Shown: positions 50,088-62,221 of the stretch, in pieces
Numbering within the stretch: position 1 is the first letter of the stretch
Layout of the letters: each line of letters starts with the position of its first letter
Assembly (NCBI GenBank): GCA_963768655.1
Contig: CAVYIM010000003.1
Span: 672,001 to 736,000, forward strand
DNA from: an uncultured Chloroflexia bacterium
GTDB taxonomy: Bacteria > Chloroflexota > Limnocylindria > Limnocylindrales > CSP1-4
DNA length: 64,000 bases
Direction: 5' to 3'
Program-made: the position numbers and the translations under genes
Notes under the pieces: generated by a model
Databases searched by the model: none
Told to the model about the DNA's origin: nothing
The model's input: the letters and a program-made list of their open reading frames with translations, nothing else

Positions 50088-51542
50088 TCACGACGGAGTG
50101 TCGGCGATCTCCCGTAGCCGGCTCCGGGCAGCGAGGGCATTGAGCAGATACGCGCCCTCGAGAATGAAATACACGACCCCGAAGACCGCGAGGGCGCCCG
50201 GGGCGGCAGCGGAGACGGGCAGAGCGGAGCGGGCGAAGAGCGCGGGCACAGTGGCAACGCCGGCCAGGAGCAGGGGCCTGACAAGCAGTCGCCCCCTATC
50301 GACGTGGCCGATCGCGCGGCGCATGGCTCGCTCGTACAGCAGGAACAAGGCCAAGGAGCTACACAGGAGGCCAGCCACCGCGCCACCGATGCCCAGCGTC
50401 GGCAATGTGACGACATCGATGAGAATCAGGACGATGAGTGAGGCCACGAGCGCGACGAGCCTCGGCATCTGGGCATCGCCGCCCGTGAGCAGCGTCCCGT
50501 ACAGATACCCAACAAACCGGAATGGCAACGCCAGCGCGATCCAGGCCATGATCCAGCCGAAGGATGTGACGTCGGGGCCGTAGGTAACCTGCAGCAGCCA
50601 GCTACCGCCCAGCATCATGGCAAACGGTACCGGCACGGACAGAGTGAGCAGGATCTCGATCGCAGGCGCCGTAACCCGCTGATTCACGCTGGGGTCCCGG
50701 CTCCCTAAGGCCTTCGACACGTCCGGCAGAACGGCTCGGCCGACGGTTGAAGGGAAATACTCGAAGGCGGTGACGAGCCGGGTCGCGGCGTAGTAGGCGC
50801 CGGCGGCAGCCACCGCGCCCGTGGGCAGCAGGACGCCGATCAAGATGGTATCGATCCGTTGGGAAGCGGCCGATGCCATGCTGAATGCCTCGAAGACCGG
50901 CAGCTCGCGGAGTATGGCGCGCACGTCGTCTCGGCGGAACATTCGGAGCGGCCAGCCGAACGCCCACGCCAGCGCAACGATGCCGGCCGAGGATATGCAC
51001 ATCACGGCCAGGCCGAGGTCGAACGCAACCGTCGTCGAGACGCCGCGATCGAGAGCGATCCAGATGACGGCGAGCCAAACAAGGTTCTCCACGGTGCCGT
51101 GGATGCCCGCGACCATCATTCGGTTGAACGCGATGAAGACACCGCGCCCCGTGTCGGCCACCTGTTGGACGGCTATGTTCAGGGCCACGATCATGATCTC
51201 CAGCCCTTGCCCCGGAAACGCGTAGGCGACGAAGAGAGCGGCCAACGCGGTCGTCAGGGGAAGCAGGATTGCGCGCAGAGCCAGCAGCGCTGCGAGGTAG
51301 CGGCCCGAACAGTCGGGAGCCCGAGCGATCTCCCGGACCAGCAAAAGGCCCATCGAGGCCTCTGACGCCGCCCCGAGGAGGGTGCCGACAGTAAGTCCGA
51401 TCGCTACGGCGCCGAGCTCTTCTGCGCCCCTTTGACGCGCCACGACCGCGAGGACGACCAGGGTGGTGCCCGCGCCGGCGAGGCGAGCCACGAGAAGCGG
51501 CACCGTCTTGCGCGCGACGCCTGCACGCCCCGCGCTAGCCAA
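50088..51542 (-). CDS. Wzx-type polysaccharide flippase
   Basis: About 12-14 TM segments; LLVREIAR, QRIDTILIG, GAYYAA. Confidence 0.82.
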   Translation of the reverse strand: MASAGRAGVARKTVPLLVARLAGAGTTLVVLAVVARQRGAEELGAVAIGLTVGTLLGAASEASMGLLLVREIARAPDCSGRYLAALLALRAILLPLTTALAALFVAYAFPGQGLEIMIVALNIAVQQVADTGRGVFIAFNRMMVAGIHGTVENLVWLAVIWIALDRGVSTTVAFDLGLAVMCISSAGIVALAWAFGWPLRMFRRDDVRAILRELPVFEAFSMASAASQRIDTILIGVLLPTGAVAAAGAYYAATRLVTAFEYFPSTVGRAVLPDVSKALGSRDPSVNQRVTAPAIEILLTLSVPVPFAMMLGGSWLLQVTYGPDVTSFGWIMAWIALALPFRFVGYLYGTLLTGGDAQMPRLVALVASLIVLILIDVVTLPTLGIGGAVAGLLCSSLALFLLYERAMRRAIGHVDRGRLLVRPLLLAGVATVPALFARSALPVSAAAPGALAVFGVVYFILEGAYLLNALAARSRLREIADTPS

Positions 51543-51809
51543 GGCTGATGTACCCGACCTTCGCGTTGCCTCTTCGTACTAACACGGGCGACATGGTATC
51601 TCAGCTCGGCGAGGCGGATGTGCCTGCCGAGGTACCGGGCGGGTCGGCCAGGTTCGTGCCGACTGAAGCCGGCCGCCGGACCGCCGGCCGGCAGCCACGA
51701 TCGACCAGCTGACCTGGATGTGGCCTACGTCTTCGAGGGTCTTCAGGCTAGCCAGTCCCGGACTAAGGTGCCATTCCTCAGGAAGGGGCGTGGGGCGTAG
51801 ATTCGGGTT

Positions 51810-54692
51810 ATGTCCCACATACACACTCGCCTGATTTCCCCCCTGGGTCTATTCGCCGCTCTGGCTCTGGCCGTCGCCTTCGGCGTGTCCGGTCCTCCCG
51901 CCCGGGCCGCAACCACCACCGGCCCAGTGATCTACGTCGACGGCAAACACGGCTCGGACTCCAACAGCGGCACGAGCCTGAGCAGCGCCCTCAAGACGGT
52001 CAGCGCCGGCATGGCTGCGATCCGGCATTCGGGCACGCTCGAGGTCGTCGGCTACACCGACTACGTCTACTACGAGAAGGCAACCGCCTCGTATTGGGTA
52101 GGCGCGAGCGCGGCCGACCCCGCCGTGATCGAAGGCTATGGCTATGGCACGTCGGGCTATGTGCGTCCCATCATCAGCGGCGCCACGGTCGTGAATGGCC
52201 CTGGTTCCACACGTTGGTATCGCCCGAACCCGACGAGCTACCCGGACGTCTGGGCGACTGCCTGGTCCACGGCCATCGAAGGCTATGAGAGCTCAGTCAA
52301 CGGGTACATGCAGGAACGGATCTACATGGACACAAGCCAGCCGCTGGGGCGGCCGGCCGTGACGCCCACGCTGGCCCAGCTGCAGGCCACGCCTGCCTCG
52401 GAGTACTGGACCGGGCACATCCTGTACGTGCACCTTGGGCTCTGGGGCGCGACCCTCGCCGACACCAACCCCAATCACCACACCATTGAGATCCCGACCT
52501 ACAACGGGCTCCTGATCGGGTCTGGCTCCTCTTATGTGACGATCCAGGGTATCGACGTACGCCACGCCCACATCGGGATGGGGGTAACTGGCACGGCCGA
52601 CCACGTTACGTTCCAGGACGTCGACGCCAGCTACAACTATCCCATGGGCTTCTTCTCGGCGAGCGGCTACAACGATTTCATCGACGTCAGCGGAACCCGC
52701 AACACGCTCCAGCTCATCAAGCTCGACGATGGCGCCAATCACAACCTCGTGAACGGCGCCAACGCGACCGAGAACATGGGTCAGGGGATAAAGCTGACCG
52801 GCGCATCGGACGCATACAACACCGTCGAGAACTCAGTCTTCTCGAACGGTCTCTCGATTCCAACCTGGACGCAAGCCTACGGCGGGAACGCTCAAGGCAT
52901 TGACGTTGAAGACGGGGCGCATGACAACGTCATTACAAGCAATGTCATCGCGAACAACGAACGCGGTCTGATGCTCTACCAGACCGCGTCCTCTGAGAAA
53001 CCGCTGAACAACAACACCATTTCCAGCAACAGGTTCACTGACAATCACTACGCCGTCCTGATATGGGATGGACGCGTGTCGGCAAGCAGTTCCACCGGAC
53101 ACGTGACTTTCGACAAGAATGTCTACTATGGAAACGTAGAAGCGGTGGAGTGCAATTCTGTAACCAGCTACAAGCTCTTCGACCACGAGACGATCTACGA
53201 CACCGGGCCCGCCAAGACCGTCGACGATAGCGCGTTCCATCTGAAGGCGGGCAGTCTGACTGTCACCAACTCCATCATCTCGGGGGTCGGCGGCTACGCT
53301 TTCTACGCAATCCCACCGGCCAGCGTGCAGGTTTCGACCACGACGGTGGTCGGGACGGGGCTCGGGATTCTGTCGGGCGACGTCTCCTGGATCACTCCGC
53401 CGGTGAAGACGACTTATGTTCCTTTCGGGCCCGTCCGAGTCCTGGATACTCGATCGGATCTGGGCCTTGCGGGGCCGCTGTGGAACCGAAATCCGCAGTC
53501 GTTCAAGGTGGCCGGCGTGCTGGGTATCCCCTCAAACGCGTTGGCCGTAACAGGCAACCTCACGATAACTGGACCATCGCGGGGCGGGTACGTCTCGCTC
53601 ACGGTTGGCAAGACCGCCAGCCCAACGACCTCGACGATCAACTTCCCGGCGGGGGACACCAGGGCGATTGGAGTGACCGTCCCGCTCGCTAGCAACGGCT
53701 CCATCTCCATCGTTTTCGTGAGTTCGACGGGCGCCCGTGTGGAGGCGGTCTTCGACGTCACTGGCTACTTCGTGACTGGATCCGGCGCAACGTACCTGCC
53801 CGTACCACCGAGCCGCATCCTGGATACGCGAGTTGCGAACAGTCCGATCGGCCGGTTGACGAGCAAGACGCCCGAGACATTCCAGGTGACCGGTATGGGT
53901 GGCGTGCCCGCCGGCGCAGTCGCCGTGACGGGCAACGTGACGGTGACTGATCAGACCAAGGCCGGTTACCTGTCCCTGACGACGACACCGGTGCAGACGC
54001 CTGGCACTTCGACCATCAACTTCCCTGTCGGCGATGCCCGGGCCAATGGTGTGACTATGCCGCTCGGGCCCGGCGGCACGCTGTCGGCGACCTACGTGTC
54101 CTCGCCGGGGGCGACCGTTGACCTCATCTTCGACGTCAACGGCTACTACACAGCTGGCGCCGGTGGCAACGACTACGTGCCGATTCCTCCGGGACGGTTG
54201 GTCGATACACGGATCGGGGTCGGCATCTCCGGAGCGCTCTCGAGCCGAAGCCCCGAGACTGCCACCATTGCGGGCCGCTATCTGTTGCCGACGTCGGCCG
54301 GCGCCATCACGGGCAACGTCACCATCGTCGGCCAGACTTCCGGCGGCTACGTCTCGCTCACGGACGTACCCACGGCCAACCCGACGACTTCGACGATCAA
54401 CTTCCCGAAGGGGGACATTCGGGCGAATGGTTTCTGTTCGCCACTCGCGAGCGGGACGGGGAAGCTCTCCGCGACGTTTGTCGGGGCCAAAGGATCGACC
54501 ACGGCGGTGATCGTCGATGTCACCGGCTACTTCGTTGCGCCCGACGGCAGTCTCGGCCCATCGGACTACACACTCGACCCGGAGTTCCTGTCCACGGATC
54601 CCAATTCGAGCCAGTTCCTTGTGGTTGGGCCAAACTCGCCCGTCTACAACCTTGGCTCCAACGGCAGGGCAATAGGGGCGCTCTGGATCTAG
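51810..54692 (+). CDS. Secreted right-handed beta-helix protein with three PxR(L/V/I)xDTR repeat domains
   Basis: Signal peptide; IYVDG..GSDSNSG; Asn-rich beta-helix repeats; three ~125-aa repeats with GN.T...GY.SL...STINF..GD.RA.G...D..GY. Confidence 0.85.
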   Translation: MSHIHTRLISPLGLFAALALAVAFGVSGPPARAATTTGPVIYVDGKHGSDSNSGTSLSSALKTVSAGMAAIRHSGTLEVVGYTDYVYYEKATASYWVGASAADPAVIEGYGYGTSGYVRPIISGATVVNGPGSTRWYRPNPTSYPDVWATAWSTAIEGYESSVNGYMQERIYMDTSQPLGRPAVTPTLAQLQATPASEYWTGHILYVHLGLWGATLADTNPNHHTIEIPTYNGLLIGSGSSYVTIQGIDVRHAHIGMGVTGTADHVTFQDVDASYNYPMGFFSASGYNDFIDVSGTRNTLQLIKLDDGANHNLVNGANATENMGQGIKLTGASDAYNTVENSVFSNGLSIPTWTQAYGGNAQGIDVEDGAHDNVITSNVIANNERGLMLYQTASSEKPLNNNTISSNRFTDNHYAVLIWDGRVSASSSTGHVTFDKNVYYGNVEAVECNSVTSYKLFDHETIYDTGPAKTVDDSAFHLKAGSLTVTNSIISGVGGYAFYAIPPASVQVSTTTVVGTGLGILSGDVSWITPPVKTTYVPFGPVRVLDTRSDLGLAGPLWNRNPQSFKVAGVLGIPSNALAVTGNLTITGPSRGGYVSLTVGKTASPTTSTINFPAGDTRAIGVTVPLASNGSISIVFVSSTGARVEAVFDVTGYFVTGSGATYLPVPPSRILDTRVANSPIGRLTSKTPETFQVTGMGGVPAGAVAVTGNVTVTDQTKAGYLSLTTTPVQTPGTSTINFPVGDARANGVTMPLGPGGTLSATYVSSPGATVDLIFDVNGYYTAGAGGNDYVPIPPGRLVDTRIGVGISGALSSRSPETATIAGRYLLPTSAGAITGNVTIVGQTSGGYVSLTDVPTANPTTSTINFPKGDIRANGFCSPLASGTGKLSATFVGAKGSTTAVIVDVTGYFVAPDGSLGPSDYTLDPEFLSTDPNSSQFLVVGPNSPVYNLGSNGRAIGALWI

Positions 54693-54964
54693 CTCGGGGC
54701 ATGCTCGGCCGGCGCGCTCGCCCTGTGCATCGCACAGGCAGCGCGCCATCTCGAGCAAGCCTTCGAGCGCCAAGGCCACATATCGGCTTGGGCGAACAAC
54801 CCCAGCCAGACGAGTGATCCGCGAGCCCCGGTGCGTTCACGCAGGGCTCGCGGTTGGCCGACCGCATCGAGCCTATACTACGGACCGGCCGGTCGGCCAG
54901 TTCGCCGGCGCGGCATCCCGTGTCAGGGACACGGTCCGCGTACCGGAAGCGCTGAGGAATCGTC

Positions 54965-56979
<2,015 letters not shown>

Positions 56980-57230
56980 GTAGAGCGGCGCCAGCCGCCC
57001 CACCGAACGGCGCCAACGGACAAGAGCTGCACCCGAGCCTCAGCGGCGAGATCCTGGAGTTGGTCTGCCGGCGTCCTTGCGACCCTGAGAGGGCGAGCAA
57101 CCTGCGAGATCGGCTCGGGGCGACTCGCCATCGTGCCCGGCGCGGCCGTATGGTTGCGGGCCGTCGCACATGTTGTCGCTGCCCCAATCCGTTCTCGAAC
57201 CCGCACTTCCGCGTCGCGGCGTGAGATGAG

Positions 57231-58694
57231 ATGGTCGTAGTCCGCTCCTGGGCGCTCAGCTTGGTCCGCCTGATACGCCATGGAGGCGAAGACGCTGCCG
57301 GTGTCCAGGATCGGTCCATGGACAGGTATCGACGGAGTGTCCTCACGTCGATCGTTGCGTTCGGAAGCCGTGGGATAACCATCGTCACGACCCTCATCAC
57401 CGTGCCCCTGGCCCTCAGGTACCTGGGGGCCGAACGCTACGGGATGTGGATGACGATCAGCTCCCTGCTGGCTCTGCTCAGTTTCAGCGACCTGGGGATC
57501 GGCAATGGTCTGCTGAACGCTGTCGCGGAAGCAAACGGCCGCGACGACGAAGCCGCCGCGGCGCGCTTCGTATCCAGTGCACTGGTCATGCTGACCGCGC
57601 TGGCCGCCGCGTTGGGGATCGGGTTCATCATTCTGTACAGCCAGGTTTCCTGGGACAAGGTCTTCAACGTCCACTCCCCGCAAGCGGTCGCGGAAGCCGG
57701 TCCGGCCCTCGCGGTCTTCGCCGTATGCTTCATCGCGGCAATGCCTCTTGCCGTGGTCTCGCAGGTTCGGATTGGGTACCAGCAGGGGTACGCGAACAAC
57801 TTCTTCCTGGGGATCGGCAACCTCATCGGCTTGATCCTGGTGCTGGTGGGGATCTGGGCGCGGGTGCCGCTGCCGCTCCTGGTGCTGGCCATGGCGGGCC
57901 CGCCGGTAGCTACCGCGGCGGTCCATTCCGTGGTGCTGTTCGGCTTCGAGCGGCCAAAGCTACGGCCGCGCCTCCATCTCGTGGACGTTCGGGATGCGCT
58001 CCAGGTGCTGAGAGTAGGTCTCTCGTTCCTGGTGCTCCAGATGGCCGGGGCCCTTGGTTACTGGTCCAACAGCATCATTGCCGCCCAGATCGTCGGCGCC
58101 ACGAAGGTCACCGACTACTACATCGCCACGAAGCTTTTCTTGATCCCGACGATGATGGGATCGTTGTTGCTTGGACCTCTGTGGCCCGCATATCGCGAAG
58201 CCATAACGCGCGGTGACGCGCCGTGGGTTCGGGCCACTCTTCGCCGTTCATTTGCGCTGATCATCTTCGGGGTCTTGCCGGTCTCCGCAGTACTCACGGT
58301 GGCTGGCCCGTGGCTCATCAAAATCTGGGTTGGAACGTCTGTCGTGCCATCTATGTCACTGATCCTGGCGTGCGGCATCTGGAGCGTGCTCGCAGGCCTC
58401 GGAGTAGCGCTCGCGATGTTCCTGAACGGCGCCCAGATCCTCCGCTTTCAGGTCATCGTCGCCGTCGTGATGACGACAGTCAATCTCCTGCTGAGCATCT
58501 ACCTGACGATCAACATCGGTGTCGCCGGCGTAATCTGGGGCAGCGTAATCGCGTACTCGATCTTCCTGCTTGTTCCGACGGGCCTGTACCTCCCTGTGGC
58601 GATCAGGCACGTGGAAGCCCGCGCCGCCGCGGCACGATCGGAGGCGGAGAGCGGTCTGGTCTACTCCGACCCACTGGCCGGTGCAGAGCTGTAG
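57231..58694 (+). CDS. Wzx-type polysaccharide flippase
   Basis: VPLALRYLGAERYGMW, DLGIGN, PLWPAY; polytopic; start uncertain (57231 or 57318). Confidence 0.85.
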   Translation: MVVVRSWALSLVRLIRHGGEDAAGVQDRSMDRYRRSVLTSIVAFGSRGITIVTTLITVPLALRYLGAERYGMWMTISSLLALLSFSDLGIGNGLLNAVAEANGRDDEAAAARFVSSALVMLTALAAALGIGFIILYSQVSWDKVFNVHSPQAVAEAGPALAVFAVCFIAAMPLAVVSQVRIGYQQGYANNFFLGIGNLIGLILVLVGIWARVPLPLLVLAMAGPPVATAAVHSVVLFGFERPKLRPRLHLVDVRDALQVLRVGLSFLVLQMAGALGYWSNSIIAAQIVGATKVTDYYIATKLFLIPTMMGSLLLGPLWPAYREAITRGDAPWVRATLRRSFALIIFGVLPVSAVLTVAGPWLIKIWVGTSVVPSMSLILACGIWSVLAGLGVALAMFLNGAQILRFQVIVAVVMTTVNLLLSIYLTINIGVAGVIWGSVIAYSIFLLVPTGLYLPVAIRHVEARAAAARSEAESGLVYSDPLAGAEL

Positions 58695-58769
58695 CTGGTG
58701 AAGGGCGTCGCGACCCGCCACAGCTGCACGGAGAACCGAGTCGGGTCTGGGGCGCGGACGAGAGAGCCT

Positions 58770-59636
58770 CTAGGAGTGCGGCCGCTGGAATACCCGTTTG
58801 GGCCTGAGCGCGGCCACGATGCGCCGGATCGGTCCGGGCAGCAGGTGATAGATGCGCGACTGGACCGGCTGAATGCGAACGTAGAGATGTTCCAGACCAT
58901 GTGCGTGCTGCCGCTCCACCCTGTTCCGCTCGTCACCCATTGGCCAGCGGTCCTTGACTGTCTTGGCGTCCGGGTGGACGGTCTGGGCGGACAGCACTCG
59001 AGGGACGTACACAGGCGTTGAGTGCTCGGCAATTCGTAGGAACAAGTCCAGATCCATGACGTACCGAAGCTTCTCGTCCAGCTCTCCGACTCGTTCGATT
59101 GCCGCGCGCCGAATGAACGAGCTCGGCTGAGGGATCATGTCCCGAGACGTGATCATCGTTCGCCGCCGGAAGGGCTCTCCGGTGTACCCGAGAAGCTGCC
59201 CGGCTGCATCGACCAGCTGCATGCCCCCATACATCACCCATACCTCGGAGTGATCTCGCAGGTACTCGCCTGCGAACCTCAACGTTCCGGGCAGGTAGAA
59301 GTCGTCGGAGTTGAGCCAGGCCAGGACCTCGCCCTGTCCCTTGCGCCAGCCGGCGTTGATGGCAGCGGTTTGTCCGTCATCCGGCTGGCTCTGCCAGTAG
59401 AAGAGCCGGTCGGCATAGCGCCTGATGATCTCGACGCTCCCGTCCGTGGAGCCTCCGTCCATCACGATGTATTCGAGCCGCGGGTACTGCTGGTCCAGCA
59501 CCGAACGGATGGTTCGCTCCAGGAATGGCGCCTGCTGGAAGGACGGCGTCACGACCGTGATCGACGGCAGGCCAACGTCGCCCGCGTCGGCACTCTCCGT
59601 GTCCTGGGATGGCGGCCGAGGCTGTCCATCGGTCAT
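58770..59636 (-). CDS. GT2 family glycosyltransferase
   Basis: VVTPSFQQ, DGGSTDGS, AINAG, WLNSDD, MDLDL. Confidence 0.92.
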   Translation of the reverse strand: MTDGQPRPPSQDTESADAGDVGLPSITVVTPSFQQAPFLERTIRSVLDQQYPRLEYIVMDGGSTDGSVEIIRRYADRLFYWQSQPDDGQTAAINAGWRKGQGEVLAWLNSDDFYLPGTLRFAGEYLRDHSEVWVMYGGMQLVDAAGQLLGYTGEPFRRRTMITSRDMIPQPSSFIRRAAIERVGELDEKLRYVMDLDLFLRIAEHSTPVYVPRVLSAQTVHPDAKTVKDRWPMGDERNRVERQHAHGLEHLYVRIQPVQSRIYHLLPGPIRRIVAALRPKRVFQRPHS

Positions 59637-59665
59637 TGGCCGGTCCCTCTGGCAACCGCCAGCAT

Positions 59666-60745
59666 CTAGCGGAGCCCTTCGTACAGGTCCAACGAGACGC
59701 GGGCCACGACGTCCACATCGTGCGCCCGGGCGGCGTTCGATGCGGCGGTACGCATCTCAGCTGATGCCTTCGGGTCGGCGAGGACGGCGAGAGCCCGCTG
59801 GATTCCTTCCGCCAGCGAGGCCGCGTCTCCCGGCGTGGTCTGGAAGCCGGTCGAGCCCTCGGTGACTACGAACTCCAGACCGCCGGCTCGAGAGGCGACG
59901 ACCAGCGCCCCCGAAGCCATTGCCTCGAGCGCCACCAACCCGAGACCCTCCTGGCATACCGACGGCACGACGACGATGGCCGCTCGTCGCATCAGCTCAG
60001 CCACCTGCGCCGGCGTCTGGGGACCGGTGAACGTGGCGGAGATGCCAAGATCACGGGCCTCGGACTCGAGGGCGCTGGCAATCCGGCCTGCGCCCACGAC
60101 CGTCAGAGTCGGCTCCCAGGCAGGCGGCGTGGTCATCTGCGAGAGAGCTTTGAGGAGGACGCTGACGCCCTTCTCCGGTACGAGCCGGCCGACGAACAGG
60201 ATCCCCCGGCGCTCGCCGGAATCGACCTCTCCGGCGGCGAACAGGTCGTAGTCGATCCCAGGCGAGACCACGTGCAGTCGCGTCGGGTCCGGGCTGAACC
60301 GACGGCTGATCTCGTCCGCCAGGAACGGGCTGTTGGCGAGGATGATGTCGGCCGCCCCAAAGACTCGCCGGGCAAGCGCGGCAGATGCGCGGCTCCGCCA
60401 GGGGATGACTATCACGTCTGAGCCGTGCGCGAAGAGCGCCAGAGGGCATCCCAGGATGCGCGCGATCGGCGCGGCGATGAGGCCTGTCGGGAAGGCTATG
60501 TGAGCCTCGACCACGTCGATCTTGCCGGTCCTGCGTGCGCGTGCAGACACGGCCGCGGCTGACGCTCGAAGAGCCAGGCCGACGTACTTTCGGCCGCGAT
60601 CCTTGTGGACGTTGGGACGCGTGATTGCCACGACCCGAACCTCAGCCCCGGCTCGCCTCATGGCCTCCACGCGGGCCGCGATGAACGTGCCGAACTCGGG
60701 GTGCCTCTCGCTCGGGTACAGGTTGGAAATCACCAGGATGCGCAA
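59666..60745 (-). CDS. GT4 family glycosyltransferase
   Basis: HGSD, FVGRLVPEKG, EGLGLVALEAMA. Confidence 0.92.
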   Translation of the reverse strand: MRILVISNLYPSERHPEFGTFIAARVEAMRRAGAEVRVVAITRPNVHKDRGRKYVGLALRASAAAVSARARRTGKIDVVEAHIAFPTGLIAAPIARILGCPLALFAHGSDVIVIPWRSRASAALARRVFGAADIILANSPFLADEISRRFSPDPTRLHVVSPGIDYDLFAAGEVDSGERRGILFVGRLVPEKGVSVLLKALSQMTTPPAWEPTLTVVGAGRIASALESEARDLGISATFTGPQTPAQVAELMRRAAIVVVPSVCQEGLGLVALEAMASGALVVASRAGGLEFVVTEGSTGFQTTPGDAASLAEGIQRALAVLADPKASAEMRTAASNAARAHDVDVVARVSLDLYEGLR

Positions 60746-61024
60746 CTTCAGCCTCTCACCGGTGGCACGTGCCGGCGGGTACGAACAGGGGCGGGGTGCA
60801 TCGGCGAATGATAGCGTCTGGTGCCGGCCTGCCGGTGCCCTCGTCTCGTAGCTGTCAGGCGTCGTACACGGGCGCCGACCTCAGCCAGCCGAGGCTGCAT
60901 CCGCCTGTTGACGGCGCCGGTTCGTCGCCGAAGGCGCCCGGGACCAGTGACCGTCGACACTCGCGAGCCGATCCAGCTCGCCCAGGTCTCGCAACCTTCC
61001 GGACCGTGTCGGTACCCCCGCAGT

Positions 61025-61936
61025 CTAGAGAGTGGCCAGGAGATCCAGCAGCGTCTGGCCGAGTGGGATCCGGGGTTGCCAGCCCACGAGCTTGCGGATG
61101 AGACTGGCATCGCCTCTGATTTCGGCGGGATCCCCCGTCCGGACGAGCGATTGGTCGATCTCGATCACCGGCGTCACGCCGACCATGGCGCACAGGCGCT
61201 CAATCACGGAGCGGACGGTGACGACCTTACCGGATGCGACGTTGACGATCGTGCAGCGATCGGAGAGGTCGCCGCGCGCCGCGGCCTCCAGCAGCAACCT
61301 GTAGGCCACGACGACGTCACGGACGTCCGTAAGGTCGCGGCGAACGTCGACGTTTCCCGCCGGGATCGAGGTAGTCAGCCCTCGCTTGACCGCCATCACA
61401 CGTTGGGCCATGGCGGGAACCACGAAGACCGGCCGCTGACCGGGCCCCGTGTGATTGAACGACCGGGTGACGACGACCGTGAAACCATGTCTGGCAGAGG
61501 CCTCTACCGCCACGGCCTCCTGTGCGACCTTCGACAGGGCGTACGGATGACTTGGGGCGAGCGGCGCATCCTCGCGGAGCGGCAGATCCTGGGGCCGAGG
61601 CGTGCCGTATGCATCGGCGGAGCCGCTGACGAGGACGGGCGGCCGGATGCCAAGTTCGCGCAAGGCCTCGAAGAGCGCCACGGTGCCACCGACGTTGACA
61701 CGAAAGGCCTCGCCCGGATCCTGTCCGGCATCCGGCGCGAATGCCATCCCGGCCAGGTGGACGACCGTGTCGGGGCGTCCACCCCGGTCATCCAGCCATC
61801 GGACGACAGACGGCCGATCCGCGATGTCGAGCACGTCCGGGCCCGGTGTCGCCATGACCTCGTGGCCGTGGTCGCTCAGCTCCCGTTCCAGCCACTGGCC
61901 GACAAAGCCATTTGCGCCAGTGATGAAGACCCTCAT
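61025..61936 (-). CDS. GDP-6-deoxy-hexose reductase (Rmd-like) extended SDR
   Basis: ITGANGFVG, YALSK, RSFNHTGPGQ, GNVDVRRDLTDVRD. Confidence 0.8.
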   Translation of the reverse strand: MRVFITGANGFVGQWLERELSDHGHEVMATPGPDVLDIADRPSVVRWLDDRGGRPDTVVHLAGMAFAPDAGQDPGEAFRVNVGGTVALFEALRELGIRPPVLVSGSADAYGTPRPQDLPLREDAPLAPSHPYALSKVAQEAVAVEASARHGFTVVVTRSFNHTGPGQRPVFVVPAMAQRVMAVKRGLTTSIPAGNVDVRRDLTDVRDVVVAYRLLLEAAARGDLSDRCTIVNVASGKVVTVRSVIERLCAMVGVTPVIEIDQSLVRTGDPAEIRGDASLIRKLVGWQPRIPLGQTLLDLLATL

Positions 61937-61941
61937 CGCAG

Positions 61942-62105
61942 TCAGCCGCAGCCTGTGGCCGGGGAAATGTCGAACTCCGGCCTGGAGTGCTCTTCGAGGC
62001 GCGCGACATCGGCATCCAACATCATCTGCACCAGTTCCTCGAAGATCGAGTCGCCGCGCAGCCCTGCCGACCCGCGATTCCAGTTATCCATGCCGTCTGA
62101 GACAT
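61942..62105 (-). pseudogene. Internally deleted second gmd (N- and C-terminal ends only)
   Basis: MSQTAWITGIAG (gmd N-terminus) joined out of frame to SIFEELVQMMLDADV (gmd C-terminus; compare [14 protein letters not shown] in the intact copy). Confidence 0.7.
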
Positions 62106-62221
62106 GTGCCTGAGTATAGGGAGGTCCAGATGGGCCAGCGAGGCGACAGCGCGGGCAACTTCGTGCCACTCGCGTCGATTGCGCTCGGATCGCCGCCAGA
62201 GGGCACTGGAGAGAACCTCGC

